From a virus, in IMG/VR virus record IMGVR_UViG_3300035156_000123, positions 1 to 41,562 of that record: a stretch of 41,562 nt of DNA. One strand, 5' to 3'. Shown one piece after another: positions 1-7,782 of this stretch. Position 1 is the stretch's first letter, and every line of letters begins with the position of its first letter. Under the pieces are notes generated by a model. That model did no database searches and had not been told where the DNA came from. It was given only the letters and a program-made list of their open reading frames with translations. Position numbers and translations under genes: made by a program.

Positions 1-127
1 GGGGGTGTCATGCTGCGAGGCGGTGCAGGCAGGGGCATCCAGTGCGTAGGCCAGCGCGGCAGTTCCTTCGGCGTGAGCAACCCGTGCTGACGCAATTGCC
101 CGCGCCAGTTGAACGACAGTCCGCACA
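1..127. repeat. Terminal direct repeat, copy 1 (assembly overlap of a circular molecule or terminal redundancy)
   Basis: Bases 1-127 (gggggtgtcatgctgcgagg...gacagtccgcaca) are identical to 41436-41562. Confidence 0.95.
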
Positions 128-220
128 TGCGCCGCCCGCCGAACGCGTCCGGTATCCACGCATCGAACGGCGTCCCGTCACGAGGCGCAGTCTCGATTGG
201 CTGCCATGCATCACCCCCGC

Positions 221-655
221 TCATGCCGCGTCTACCGGGGATAGGCGGGTAAGAGCATCGCCAACGGGATCAATCAATGTTGAGCCGTGGCGGTCGATGC
301 GGATCACGCCGATGTCGTAGCCGTCCTGGTCGAGTGCCCAGCCGATCTCTTCGATCTTCGCCAGCTTCTCGTCGGACACGTCGTGCGTATCCACGATCTC
401 GAACACGATGACATGCTTGCCGACGCGATCGATGGCGAAGGCGTCGGGGACGATCGACACGCCGCGCCGCCATTCTGGATCATTGCCGATCAGGTCCGCC
501 ATGTACTCGCCGACCGTAGCGAGCGCGCGAAAGAAGCCGGAGACATGCACCTCGGCATGCTTGGCCCGAAGGTTGGCGATCATCGTTTCGTGCGCAGTCT
601 GATTCGATGCGTCGAGGCGTGTACGGAATTTGTACGATTGGGATTTGCGATTCAT
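221..655 (-). CDS. Hypothetical att-proximal protein (possible RHH-like N-terminus plus PD-(D/E)xK-like C-terminal half)
   Basis: 144-aa ORF. The N-terminus YKFRTRLD...HETMIANLRAKH...FFRALATVGEYM has a strand-helix-helix look. The C-terminal half has IVPDAF...VIVFEIVDTH. The domain calls are weak. Confidence 0.55.
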   Translation of the reverse strand: MNRKSQSYKFRTRLDASNQTAHETMIANLRAKHAEVHVSGFFRALATVGEYMADLIGNDPEWRRGVSIVPDAFAIDRVGKHVIVFEIVDTHDVSDEKLAKIEEIGWALDQDGYDIGVIRIDRHGSTLIDPVGDALTRLSPVDAA

Positions 656-741
656 CGTTTGTTCCCGCTTGAAACTGCGAGACAGACTTGAACCTGCGAT
701 GCGCTATTGGCTGCTAATGCACTGTTTTCCTTGGCGGAAAT

Positions 742-789
742 TGGTGCACCCGACTGGATTCGAACCAGTGGCCTCTGCCTTCGGAGGGC
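742..789 (-). other. attP core candidate: 3' 48 nt of a tRNA-Arg(CCG), from the anticodon stem to CCA. Not a complete tRNA.
   Basis: The reverse complement reads GCC-CTCCGAA-GGCAG-AGGCC-ACTGG-TTCGAAT-CCAGT-CGGGTGC-A-CCA. That gives an anticodon loop with CCG, a 5-nt variable loop, a canonical T-arm, the acceptor 3' strand and CCA. No D-arm or 5' acceptor strand lies upstream. It is 20 nt from the integrase stop. Confidence 0.75.
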
Positions 790-809
790 GTCTGTCTTTT
801 CTCCGATAA

Positions 810-1901
810 TCATAGCGTTTCCGCCAGTTTTAGTCCAGTTTCTTTTTCGGCTTGTACGAGCCCTGTACGGAACGACGCCAGAACCTTGGCCTCATGATCC
901 TCCGAATGGGTGTAGGTCCGCTTCATCAAAGCGAGGTCCGACCACCCGCCAAACTCGCCTGCGGCCTTCTCATCGATCGGCTGGCGCACATTCATTTCCT
1001 GCCCGAAGCCGTGACGGCCAGCAGAGTGCGGCGGGAGGTACGGGATGCCAGCGCGCTTGCACGCCGTGATCCAGTTCTTGCGCGGCCCGTCCTTGCTCGC
1101 ATAGCCGAACAGGCGCCGGTTATCCTTATAGCGCCGATCCCAGCCGCGCGGGTAGTAGACCGGCAGATCCTTAAGCTCCGCGACGAGTTCTGGCGGGATC
1201 GTAAGCGTCCGATCCTCATGGCCCTTGGCGCCGGGAATGATCACCTTGCCCTCGTCCAGTAGCAAATGGCGGTCGGGGTGCATCGCGATAGCCTGGCTGA
1301 TCCGCGCACCTGTCACGAACATCAGCAGCGCCAGCGCGCGGTTGCGGCGGTTGGCGTGCTGGCGGAATTTCAGCAGCCATTCCCAGCTACCCGGCGTCTT
1401 GGCCTGGCGGGATTTCTTGCCGCGCTTCTTGTCCTGCTTGATCCGTTCGGCTTTGTCATAGCCCTTGATGCGGATCGGAGGGCACTTGCCGAGGTCGTGG
1501 GCATAGTTGATCACGGCGCGGGCCGGGGTCACAACCCATCGGCGCCATGTGTCGGCGGCGTTGTTCGGATACAGCTCTCGTCCGAGTTCGCGGATCATCT
1601 GCGCAGTGATCGACGCGACCGGCAGCGCTCCGAGGCGCGCGACGATCGGGATAAGGTATTTCGCGGTGTTGGCGTCCGTGGGGTAGAGCATCACAGCGTC
1701 CGCAAACGTCAGGCTGTGTTCTTCGCCGAGGAAGCGCCGACGCTTTTCCCTTTCCGTCCGTTGGGCGATCCAGTCACGCGCGCCGCTCTCTGTAGATGCG
1801 CCAGTGCTCTCGCGGAGGTAGTCGGTGATGGCGAGGCCGTTGTCTTCAATGCGCCCCTTGACCCACCAGGTGTCACCGCGCTTGTAGGGGGTAAGTGGCA
1901 C
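810..1901 (-). CDS. int: Tyrosine recombinase / phage integrase
   Basis: 363 aa with a GTG start. The C-terminal catalytic region has ARISQA (Arg), HSAGRHGF (H-x-x-R) and the tyrosine in RTYTHSED. It sits next to the tRNA fragment. Confidence 0.93.
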   Translation of the reverse strand: MPLTPYKRGDTWWVKGRIEDNGLAITDYLRESTGASTESGARDWIAQRTEREKRRRFLGEEHSLTFADAVMLYPTDANTAKYLIPIVARLGALPVASITAQMIRELGRELYPNNAADTWRRWVVTPARAVINYAHDLGKCPPIRIKGYDKAERIKQDKKRGKKSRQAKTPGSWEWLLKFRQHANRRNRALALLMFVTGARISQAIAMHPDRHLLLDEGKVIIPGAKGHEDRTLTIPPELVAELKDLPVYYPRGWDRRYKDNRRLFGYASKDGPRKNWITACKRAGIPYLPPHSAGRHGFGQEMNVRQPIDEKAAGEFGGWSDLALMKRTYTHSEDHEAKVLASFRTGLVQAEKETGLKLAETL

Positions 1902-2101
1902 GCGCCATTCTCCAGGATGATGTCGATTTGCGCTGACGTAATCAGCATTGTTGACCCGATGCGGTGATAGGCGCCGAGCGATCGGGCCTTGGCTCGCAGG
2001 GTGCGTTCAGAGATGTCGATGCCGCGATCCGCGAACACGCCACACCATTGCGCCGGCGTGCGGGATGCATCGAGCACCGAACTATCGGCTGGCTGGTTCA
2101 C
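1709..2101 (-). CDS. Excisionase-like / MerR-type HTH protein. The ORF runs 193 nt into int.
   Basis: The N-terminal 65 aa (GIDISERTLRAKARSLGAYHRIGSTMLITSAQIDIILE) looks like an Xis/AlpA-type HTH immediately upstream of int. The C-terminal about 64 aa are low-complexity and overlap int in another frame. Confidence 0.55.
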   Translation of the reverse strand: MNQPADSSVLDASRTPAQWCGVFADRGIDISERTLRAKARSLGAYHRIGSTMLITSAQIDIILENGACHLPPTSAVTPGGSRGALKTTASPSPTTSARALAHLQRAARVTGSPNGRKGKSVGASSAKNTA

Positions 2102-2138
2102 GCCGCCCTCCCACAGTCCAGGGTGAGTATGTCGCCCA

Positions 2139-2546
2139 CTATGCTGTCCTCCGAATAGAGTTGATTGCGCGGAGAGAGGCGGCTGTGAGGGCTAGGGCGG
2201 GGGTTCTGGCCCATGCTTCCGGCGTCTCAGGGTTGGCGCCGATGGCAAGGCGGACCACTGCACGCTTGCCGCCCATATCCATACGCCACCCGACTACCGT
2301 TTCCGGCACAAGTGTCAGGGCAGCGTCGAGGGAGGCGGTATACGCGGGCAGGTATTTCCAGATCGAATTATTGCTGTTGAGGGTGCTGTTCACAACGTAT
2401 TCGAGCGGGCGATCCTCAATGCAGATGTCGCCTTCTTCCCAATCGTCCCAGCGCCAGCAGATGACGTAGGCGATCTCGGCATCCAGCGCCCGATCTGAAG
2501 TGACCAGTGCCTCAACGCGATCCGCAAGTTCTAACAGGTCGCTCAT
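2139..2546 (-). CDS. Hypothetical phage protein (resembles the phage ABA-sandwich-type family)
   Basis: 135-aa ORF. The pattern YLPAYTASLDAALTLVP...TPALALTAASLRA is recalled from small alphaproteobacterial prophage proteins. Confidence 0.6.
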   Translation of the reverse strand: MSDLLELADRVEALVTSDRALDAEIAYVICWRWDDWEEGDICIEDRPLEYVVNSTLNSNNSIWKYLPAYTASLDAALTLVPETVVGWRMDMGGKRAVVRLAIGANPETPEAWARTPALALTAASLRAINSIRRTA

Positions 2547-2679
2547 GCTGTCCTCCGGGGTGTGGATTTGGGCGCGGTAGGGGCGATGATCTCAAACCCT
2601 TCTCCAACGCATAGACGGCGACGGGCTGCGATGATCCGGGCAAGGTGTGCCGTATCGGTGTGGGTGTGATAGCGGGGGA

Positions 2680-3177
2680 TCATGCGGGATCAGCTTTTGA
2701 GGTGATCTGACAATCGACAGCAGACTGTAGCATTTTCGCCCAGCTTTGCGGATTGCCGCGCTGTAGTTTCGCTTCGGTGGCAACGTCGCGCAGAAATTCC
2801 GCCAATGATAGCATCTCGGAATAGCGAAGATCGCCGATGCTCTTGAAAATTGCTTCTTGCTTGGCTTCGCGGCTCATAGGTTTCTCCATGATTTGGGGGA
2901 TGGATCGTAGGACGGGATTTGCCGGGGGAGTTGGTTTTGGCCCGGAGGGAAGATGCGCACGGTTGGCACCCAGCCCGCGAATTTCGCGGCGAACTAGCGC
3001 GATGTGGTTAGGCAGCGCCCGAGAGTCGCTAGGCGTGTTCGCGGCGACTACGATGCGGCTCTCGCCGTTGTAGTGCAGCACTAGCTTGGAGTGCTTGCCG
3101 CCATCTTCCTCGGTCATCGTAACGCCCGGCCAGCTTTCCAGCTCGCGTGCGGTCGCGGACTGAAATTCTTTGTTCAT
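2680..3177 (-). CDS. Hypothetical protein (the N-terminal about 75 aa are faintly HicA/YcfA-like)
   Basis: I chose the internal ATG at 3175-3177 of the 232-aa track ORF because GGAGAA lies 7 nt upstream. The upstream part of the track ORF is R/P-rich junk. Confidence 0.5.
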   Translation of the reverse strand: MNKEFQSATARELESWPGVTMTEEDGGKHSKLVLHYNGESRIVVAANTPSDSRALPNHIALVRREIRGLGANRAHLPSGPKPTPPANPVLRSIPQIMEKPMSREAKQEAIFKSIGDLRYSEMLSLAEFLRDVATEAKLQRGNPQSWAKMLQSAVDCQITSKADPA

Positions 3178-3257
3178 CTCAATTCTCCATTCGCCGGGCC
3201 ACATAAGGTTACTCAGTGGTCCCGGCGTGCAGCACGGGGATCGTGCCGCTTGTCTCG

Positions 3258-3584
3258 CTATCTCAGGTTCATTTGCGCGCGGGCGGTCGATTGCGCGGTT
3301 CGCCACGCTTCGAACGACATCCGCTTGGCTTCGGCGCGGGCGCGGAGGGTTTCGGCCTCCATCGCTGCCGTTTCCCAATCAGCGCATGCCAGTTCGTACA
3401 CCGGGTCGGCTTCAGCCATCTGCTCGGACGCACCGATCGCGTGGCCGTCTGCCTTGTGCTTCACGAACAGGACAGCGCGCACCCGTTTACGGCGCAGGTC
3501 CATGCCCTCGGCTTTTACCTTGGCCTGCCCGGCGCTGACGAACAGCGTTTCAGCATCGGCGATGGCGCGATCAATATCCTGCAC
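3258..3584 (-). CDS. Hypothetical early protein
   Basis: 108-aa ORF in the tightly packed leftward operon with ordinary amino-acid composition. Confidence 0.6.
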   Translation of the reverse strand: MQDIDRAIADAETLFVSAGQAKVKAEGMDLRRKRVRAVLFVKHKADGHAIGASEQMAEADPVYELACADWETAAMEAETLRARAEAKRMSFEAWRTAQSTARAQMNLR

Positions 3585-3960
3585 AGTGTTGCTCCCAGAG
3601 TTTTACGCCGATCTCGAATTGCACGAGGCCATGCAGGGCATCGAACTGCGGCGATCCGATCGTGTGGACTGCGTTCCGCCCGGCGCGGTGATCCTCTGCG
3701 CACACCGGCACGACGCACGTATGATCGCGGGTGATGCCGTGCCGCCCATTGTGGCGAACGTGATGCACCTCGACTGGCCACCCTCCGCACGCGATGCAGG
3801 GCATCTTGGCGACGGCTTCGTGGTGGTGGCGCTCTTCCTGGGACTTGACCGGCTTGGCCTTGCGCATCGGTTTGGCGCGCGGCTTCGCTGGTCGCCTTTC
3901 GAGGAACGCCTTGACGCGGCTCATGGGCGTCTTGCGGGTGATGGGCGACCGGCGCAGCAT
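3571..3960 (-). CDS. HNH / DUF968-like zinc-binding nuclease candidate
   Basis: It has PCIACGG..VEVHHV...H....VPVCAEDHR......H, a Cys/His arrangement typical of HNH-type phage proteins. Confidence 0.6.
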   Translation of the reverse strand: MLRRSPITRKTPMSRVKAFLERRPAKPRAKPMRKAKPVKSQEERHHHEAVAKMPCIACGGWPVEVHHVRHNGRHGITRDHTCVVPVCAEDHRAGRNAVHTIGSPQFDALHGLVQFEIGVKLWEQHCAGY

Positions 3961-4103
3961 CAGCGTGCCCTCGCCGCGCGCTTGGCCGCGTTGATCCGCT
4001 CTGCGTCACGGGCGTAGTATTCCCGCTTCTTGGCGTTCACCTGGTCACGGTTGCGCTCACGGTAATGAGCGGAGCGGATGCGGTTGTATTCGCGCTCGGT
4101 CAT
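3960..4103 (-). CDS. Small basic protein, 47 aa (below the ORF-track cutoff)
   Basis: My hand translation is MTEREYNRIRSAHYRERNRDQVNAKKREYYARDAERINAAKRAARAR. Its start lies 1 nt after the upstream stop, and its stop overlaps the downstream start as TGATG. Confidence 0.4.
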   Translation of the reverse strand: MTEREYNRIRSAHYRERNRDQVNAKKREYYARDAERINAAKRAARAR

Positions 4104-4104
4104 G

Positions 4105-4740
4105 TCAGGCAGCCTTCTGATAGAGGCCAGTGAGCGTCAGTACGGTCGCATCGACCTCGGCAAGGAATTCGCGCACGGCTGCTTCCATCTCCGCGATGAA
4201 TTCATCATCCCGCTCAACGCGCCGCACGTGCAGTTGCATTTCAACGGGCAGGCGCGGATCGTAGGACACGAAGTCGCACCACTGGCGACCAGCGCAGGCC
4301 ATCTGCCACTGCATCTGCTTGATGTACCCGCCGTCGATCGCTGCGCCTGTCAGCGTGTTGATGTGCTTGGCGGTGCCGGGGCATTTTATTTCGGTCATGC
4401 CATCAAGGCCGATAATGCCGTCCGGGCTTGCGCCGGACATCGGAATTTTCGGGTGGTCGATGAAGGCGATTTCCTGCACGGTAACGCCGCGATCGAATTC
4501 ATAACAGGCGCGAGCGTTCGCCTCCTGCTCGATGCCGTGCAGCATGGCCGCGTTCGTGAATCCCGGTTCAACCGATTGCGTCAGACGTTCGGCCACCAAT
4601 TGTGCAGCGTAGTTGGCGCGGCTGGCGCCCCATCCCGTCTTGGTCTTCGCCATCAGATCCCCGATCCGGCTGGCAGTGACCTTGCCGCAGCGAGTGGCGA
4701 ACCAATCCGGCGATCGTTGCTCCATGGGTGCGGAAGCCAT
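4105..4740 (-). CDS. YqaJ-like / lambda-Exo-type PD-(D/E)xK recombination exonuclease
   Basis: SPDWFATRCGKVTASRIGDL at the N-terminus and ASPDG...EIKCP catalytic motifs. It is paired with ERF. Confidence 0.88.
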   Translation of the reverse strand: MASAPMEQRSPDWFATRCGKVTASRIGDLMAKTKTGWGASRANYAAQLVAERLTQSVEPGFTNAAMLHGIEQEANARACYEFDRGVTVQEIAFIDHPKIPMSGASPDGIIGLDGMTEIKCPGTAKHINTLTGAAIDGGYIKQMQWQMACAGRQWCDFVSYDPRLPVEMQLHVRRVERDDEFIAEMEAAVREFLAEVDATVLTLTGLYQKAA

Positions 4741-5357
4741 TATGCGGCCTCCTTCTGTGCGACATTGCCTTCATTTAGCTTCTTGGTGAGCATCGCCTTG
4801 GCATGATCAAAGCGAGCGGCAGGAAGGGCGGGCAGGGCATCGATGCGATAGTATTGGCAGAACCCGCGCATATCGGCGCCGGACTGCTCTGCCAGCGTAA
4901 ACAGGATATTACGCTGGTCGTCGTTGATAGTCGACTCCACGACCTCGACAGGGCGGCTCTTGGGCGCGCTGGCCGCGTTGCCGTCATCATCCTCCGGGCA
5001 GACACCCACGACGGACGCAAGCGCATAGCGGCGGGCATAGGTGACAGCCGAGCCGTAGCCCTGCGCATCGACCTTGCTGAGCGGGATCGACAGCGTGGCG
5101 CGCATCCACTCGCCAGACTTGTGCGTCAACTGCGTGGTGAGTGTCAGGCGATTGTCCACCATCTCGCCGGGGAATTGAACCACGGACAGATCGTTGTCGA
5201 ACAACGCGGCCTTGCAGGCTGCCCACACGCTCGACAGATCAGCGTACTTCGACTTGAAGGCGGGGTTGACCCGACCCTTGGTGGCACCCTCGATCGCCCC
5301 CTGGGCAAGCGCCATTGCGGCACCGATCGCGGCGACAGAATCCGATTGCTGCATCAT
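4740..5357 (-). CDS. erf: ERF-family single-strand annealing protein
   Basis: NPAFKSKYADLSSVW...THKSGEW...QGYGSAVTYARRYAL is the classic ERF signature. AAGGAG lies upstream of the start. Confidence 0.88.
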   Translation of the reverse strand: MMQQSDSVAAIGAAMALAQGAIEGATKGRVNPAFKSKYADLSSVWAACKAALFDNDLSVVQFPGEMVDNRLTLTTQLTHKSGEWMRATLSIPLSKVDAQGYGSAVTYARRYALASVVGVCPEDDDGNAASAPKSRPVEVVESTINDDQRNILFTLAEQSGADMRGFCQYYRIDALPALPAARFDHAKAMLTKKLNEGNVAQKEAA

Positions 5358-5572
5358 TGTGCATCTCCTTTTGCGATAGCGATTGAAGCCCCGAGGGGGC
5401 GAGACGGCGAAGCTGGCTCGATCGGCGCAGCCGACGAAAGCGCGGGCGCGGAGCGCATCGCCGGAACATGGTGTCCGAAAACCGCATCCCTACAATCACG
5501 ATTAAAACCACCAATACCCAAGACGAGTGCGATACCGGACAGCAGCAGTCCTGCTTTGGCGTTGGCGCTCAT
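5354..5572 (-). CDS. Small protein with an N-terminal TM segment
   Basis: 72-aa ORF with an ATGA overlap to erf. LLLSGIALVLGIGG is a hydrophobic stretch. The C-terminal part is low complexity. Confidence 0.4.
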   Translation of the reverse strand: MSANAKAGLLLSGIALVLGIGGFNRDCRDAVFGHHVPAMRSAPALSSAAPIEPASPSRPLGASIAIAKGDAQ

Positions 5573-5802
5573 GGGAACCTCCAGTTCAGAGCCATTTCCG
5601 CGGTTGTGCGATCGGCGCCGGGGTTTGCCGCCATGAAGTAATCAATCGGCTTGGGATCAGGCATAACCATGCCGAGATCGCGGAAAGCGTTGATGATCGG
5701 ACCGATTGAGGCGTGATACCCCCTGCCTTCAAGCCAGACTTGCCATTCTGAAGACAGCCGCTGCGAAATGTTAACCGTGCACGGGGGCTGGATCGCCCTC
5801 AT
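5569..5802 (-). CDS. Hypothetical early protein
   Basis: 77-aa ORF with 4-nt overlaps to both neighbours. Confidence 0.5.
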   Translation of the reverse strand: MRAIQPPCTVNISQRLSSEWQVWLEGRGYHASIGPIINAFRDLGMVMPDPKPIDYFMAANPGADRTTAEMALNWRFP

Positions 5803-6062
5803 GATTGCACCGGGGCGTCGGAGAGAGCGGTGCGGGCAATGTCGCCAACGATGCGTCGGTAATCTGTTGGGGCGTTACCGCACCTCCCGATCTGGACCAG
5901 CGCCACCCTATAGCGGTCGCGCTCTGCTTGGAGGGTGGCGATGGCAGCGAGGGCGGCAGTTTTAGCGCGCGTGAAAGCGTGCGTACCGTCCGGCACCTTG
6001 TCCCACTCGACGCTATACGCCTCGTGCGCGGCCTCCAGCCCATCCTTACTTACTTCAACCAT
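5799..6062 (-). CDS. Hypothetical early protein
   Basis: 87-aa ORF, translationally coupled to its neighbours. Confidence 0.55.
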   Translation of the reverse strand: MVEVSKDGLEAAHEAYSVEWDKVPDGTHAFTRAKTAALAAIATLQAERDRYRVALVQIGRCGNAPTDYRRIVGDIARTALSDAPVQS

Positions 6063-6261
6063 GGGGGTTTCCTTCGGGGGAGAGGGATTGCATCAGCCGT
6101 GCGTAATCAGCCTCCAGCGATGCCTGCTCACGCTCTGTTTGTCGGATGGCTGGATCGAACAGTGCGTCAGCGATGCGGGTGTATGGCGTTGCTGGACGCG
6201 GCTCTGCGAACGCGGCCGGCGTGGTGTGCGCCAGCATGCGGGCGTGACGGGCGAGGCTCAC
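6055..6261 (-). CDS. Hypothetical early protein
   Basis: 68-aa ORF in the operon chain. Confidence 0.45.
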   Translation of the reverse strand: MSLARHARMLAHTTPAAFAEPRPATPYTRIADALFDPAIRQTEREQASLEADYARLMQSLSPEGNPHG

Positions 6262-6401
6262 GACTGTTGCTCCCGTGCCAGCAACATGGCATCGGCCACA
6301 TGATAGGCGGCGCCAGCGAAGACGTTTGCTTCTTGCAATCTTCCCGAACCGCCCAACATCCCGGTCAGCGCCTGACCCGCAAACCAGTCGCGCAGGGTCA
6401 T
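6258..6401 (-). CDS. Small hypothetical protein (47 aa)
   Basis: I used the internal ATG at 6399-6401 (MTLRDWFAGQALTGML...). The upstream part of the 131-aa track ORF is R/G/P-rich junk. Confidence 0.45.
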   Translation of the reverse strand: MTLRDWFAGQALTGMLGGSGRLQEANVFAGAAYHVADAMLLAREQQS

Positions 6402-6475
6402 GCCCGGCTCGCTAGATGGGTGGCCCGGATCGCCTAGGCAGACGCTGGGAAACGCTGCTGGGCTGCTATCCCCGC

Positions 6476-6835
6476 TCACTGCACACCATCCTTCGGAGCC
6501 AACTCCGCGATCTCGGATGGCTTCTGGTGTGCGGGCGATACGCCGGTGCGGACCCAGATGCGGCCAGCCTCCAGAGCATCCGCCTCGTATCGGTAGCGGC
6601 AACGATGGCGGGTCGCGAGGCAGCCCTGTCCCTTGCCGTCGATCGTGAGACACCAGTCAAGGCCGATGAACCCGCGATCGTAATCCACGGTAGCCTTCCG
6701 GGTGTCGCGATCGACCCGCGCAACGACCAGCTTCAGTTCGCGCTCCGTGAGTTCACGCGACAGGTTGGGGTTAGCCTGCTGCTTCGCGTGGAAGCCGTAC
6801 ATAGCGATGTCTTCGCGGGTGAGGGGCGCGATCAT
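6476..6835 (-). CDS. Hypothetical early protein
   Basis: I chose the start at 6833-6835 (MIAPLTRED...) because it forms an ATGA overlap with the stop of the upstream gene. Confidence 0.55.
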   Translation of the reverse strand: MIAPLTREDIAMYGFHAKQQANPNLSRELTERELKLVVARVDRDTRKATVDYDRGFIGLDWCLTIDGKGQGCLATRHRCRYRYEADALEAGRIWVRTGVSPAHQKPSEIAELAPKDGVQ

Positions 6836-7041
6836 GCCGCCACCACGCGGTAGGCGATGATGTCGTACCCGTAATCGTGATGGTCCATCGGCTCGTGAGA
6901 CCAATCACATTCCTTTGCCAACCAGCCGGTCGTTTCCTGCCCAAAACGTAGCCGGAAATCGACCAGCGTATCTGGCGCGACCGGGCGTTCGCCTCCGGTC
7001 CATTCGATCCAGTCACTAGCGGGGGCTGCGGCACTTGCCAT
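6832..7041 (-). CDS. Hypothetical protein, first gene of the leftward early operon
   Basis: 69-aa ORF directly downstream of the ATGCAT operator cluster. Confidence 0.55.
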   Translation of the reverse strand: MASAAAPASDWIEWTGGERPVAPDTLVDFRLRFGQETTGWLAKECDWSHEPMDHHDYGYDIIAYRVVAA

Positions 7042-7087
7042 CTTCGATCCTCCAGCGGCCGAGGGGTCGGCTGCGTCTGGAGGTGTA

Positions 7088-7153
7088 ATGCATTATGCAT
7101 CACGGCAGTGCAAGTGCAAAATGCATCACGGCGCATTATTTTTGATGATGCAT
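7088..7153. promoter_or_regulatory. Left operator/promoter region (OL-like): four ATGCAT hexamers
   Basis: ATGCATTATGCATCA lies at 7088-7102. ATGCATCACGG is repeated at 7095 and 7121. ATGCAT on the other strand context lies at 7148-7153. The 15-mer matches 13/15 with the site at 8456-8470. Confidence 0.55.
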
Positions 7154-7173
7154 GTTAGACGGGCGGGGCCGCG

Positions 7174-7782
7174 CTACTTTTCCGGGCAGGCTCTGGCGAC
7201 TTGATCTCGCCAAACCTTCAATCCAGCCAAGTTAGGGTGGATGCCATCCTTCAAGAGGTTTGCCGGGAGTGGTGTGACGTAAGCAGCGCCAATCGCAGAT
7301 GCAGTGCGCTGGATGAAGTCATTCGGCCCGTTGAGAACCCCGACAAGAGCGAACGGCTTTACTGGCAAGCTAGCCAGCAGGGCGAGATAGCGCTGCTCGA
7401 ATGCCTGGCCCTCAGCCTTCCGCTGGAGAACGTCGTTTGTCCCTAATGCTACTACGATGCGGTCGGGCCGGGTCGCTGCAATAAGATCGGGAGCAATCTT
7501 CGTTAGGTCGGCGACGTTTCCGCCTCCGACGCCCGCGCCGAAGGTGACGCCGCATAAATCCGTCAGGGAATTGCCTTCAACGATGCTGTCGCCAATGACG
7601 AGAGTGTCCACTTTCCCGGTTGCCTGCGCCTGCGACAGTAAGTTCTTCGATCGGCTGAAGACGTATGACTCGATCGCACTTGGCTTCCACCAGTGGATGT
7701 AGCCAAAAGCTACCGCGCTAGTAACCAAGAAACCGATTACGACCCCAAGAATAAGGTAGGTTAGGCGGGTTTCTTGTGTCAT
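7174..7782 (-). CDS. Membrane-anchored SGNH/GDSL-family hydrolase (esterase/deacetylase-like)
   Basis: The N-terminal TM is LTYLILGVVIGFLVTSAVAF. The SGNH blocks are VIGDSIVEG (I), ALGTNDV (III) and KDGIHPN (V). GC is visibly lower at its 5' end and upstream spacer. Confidence 0.85.
   Translation of the reverse strand: MTQETRLTYLILGVVIGFLVTSAVAFGYIHWWKPSAIESYVFSRSKNLLSQAQATGKVDTLVIGDSIVEGNSLTDLCGVTFGAGVGGGNVADLTKIAPDLIAATRPDRIVVALGTNDVLQRKAEGQAFEQRYLALLASLPVKPFALVGVLNGPNDFIQRTASAIGAAYVTPLPANLLKDGIHPNLAGLKVWRDQVARACPEK

Noticed and set aside
707-830. A complete tRNA gene next to the integrase
   Set aside because: Only positions about 29-76 of a tRNA-Arg(CCG) can be folded. Upstream sequence provides no D-arm, no 5' acceptor strand and only 3 of 5 anticodon-stem pairs. 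I interpret it as an attP core, not a functional tRNA.
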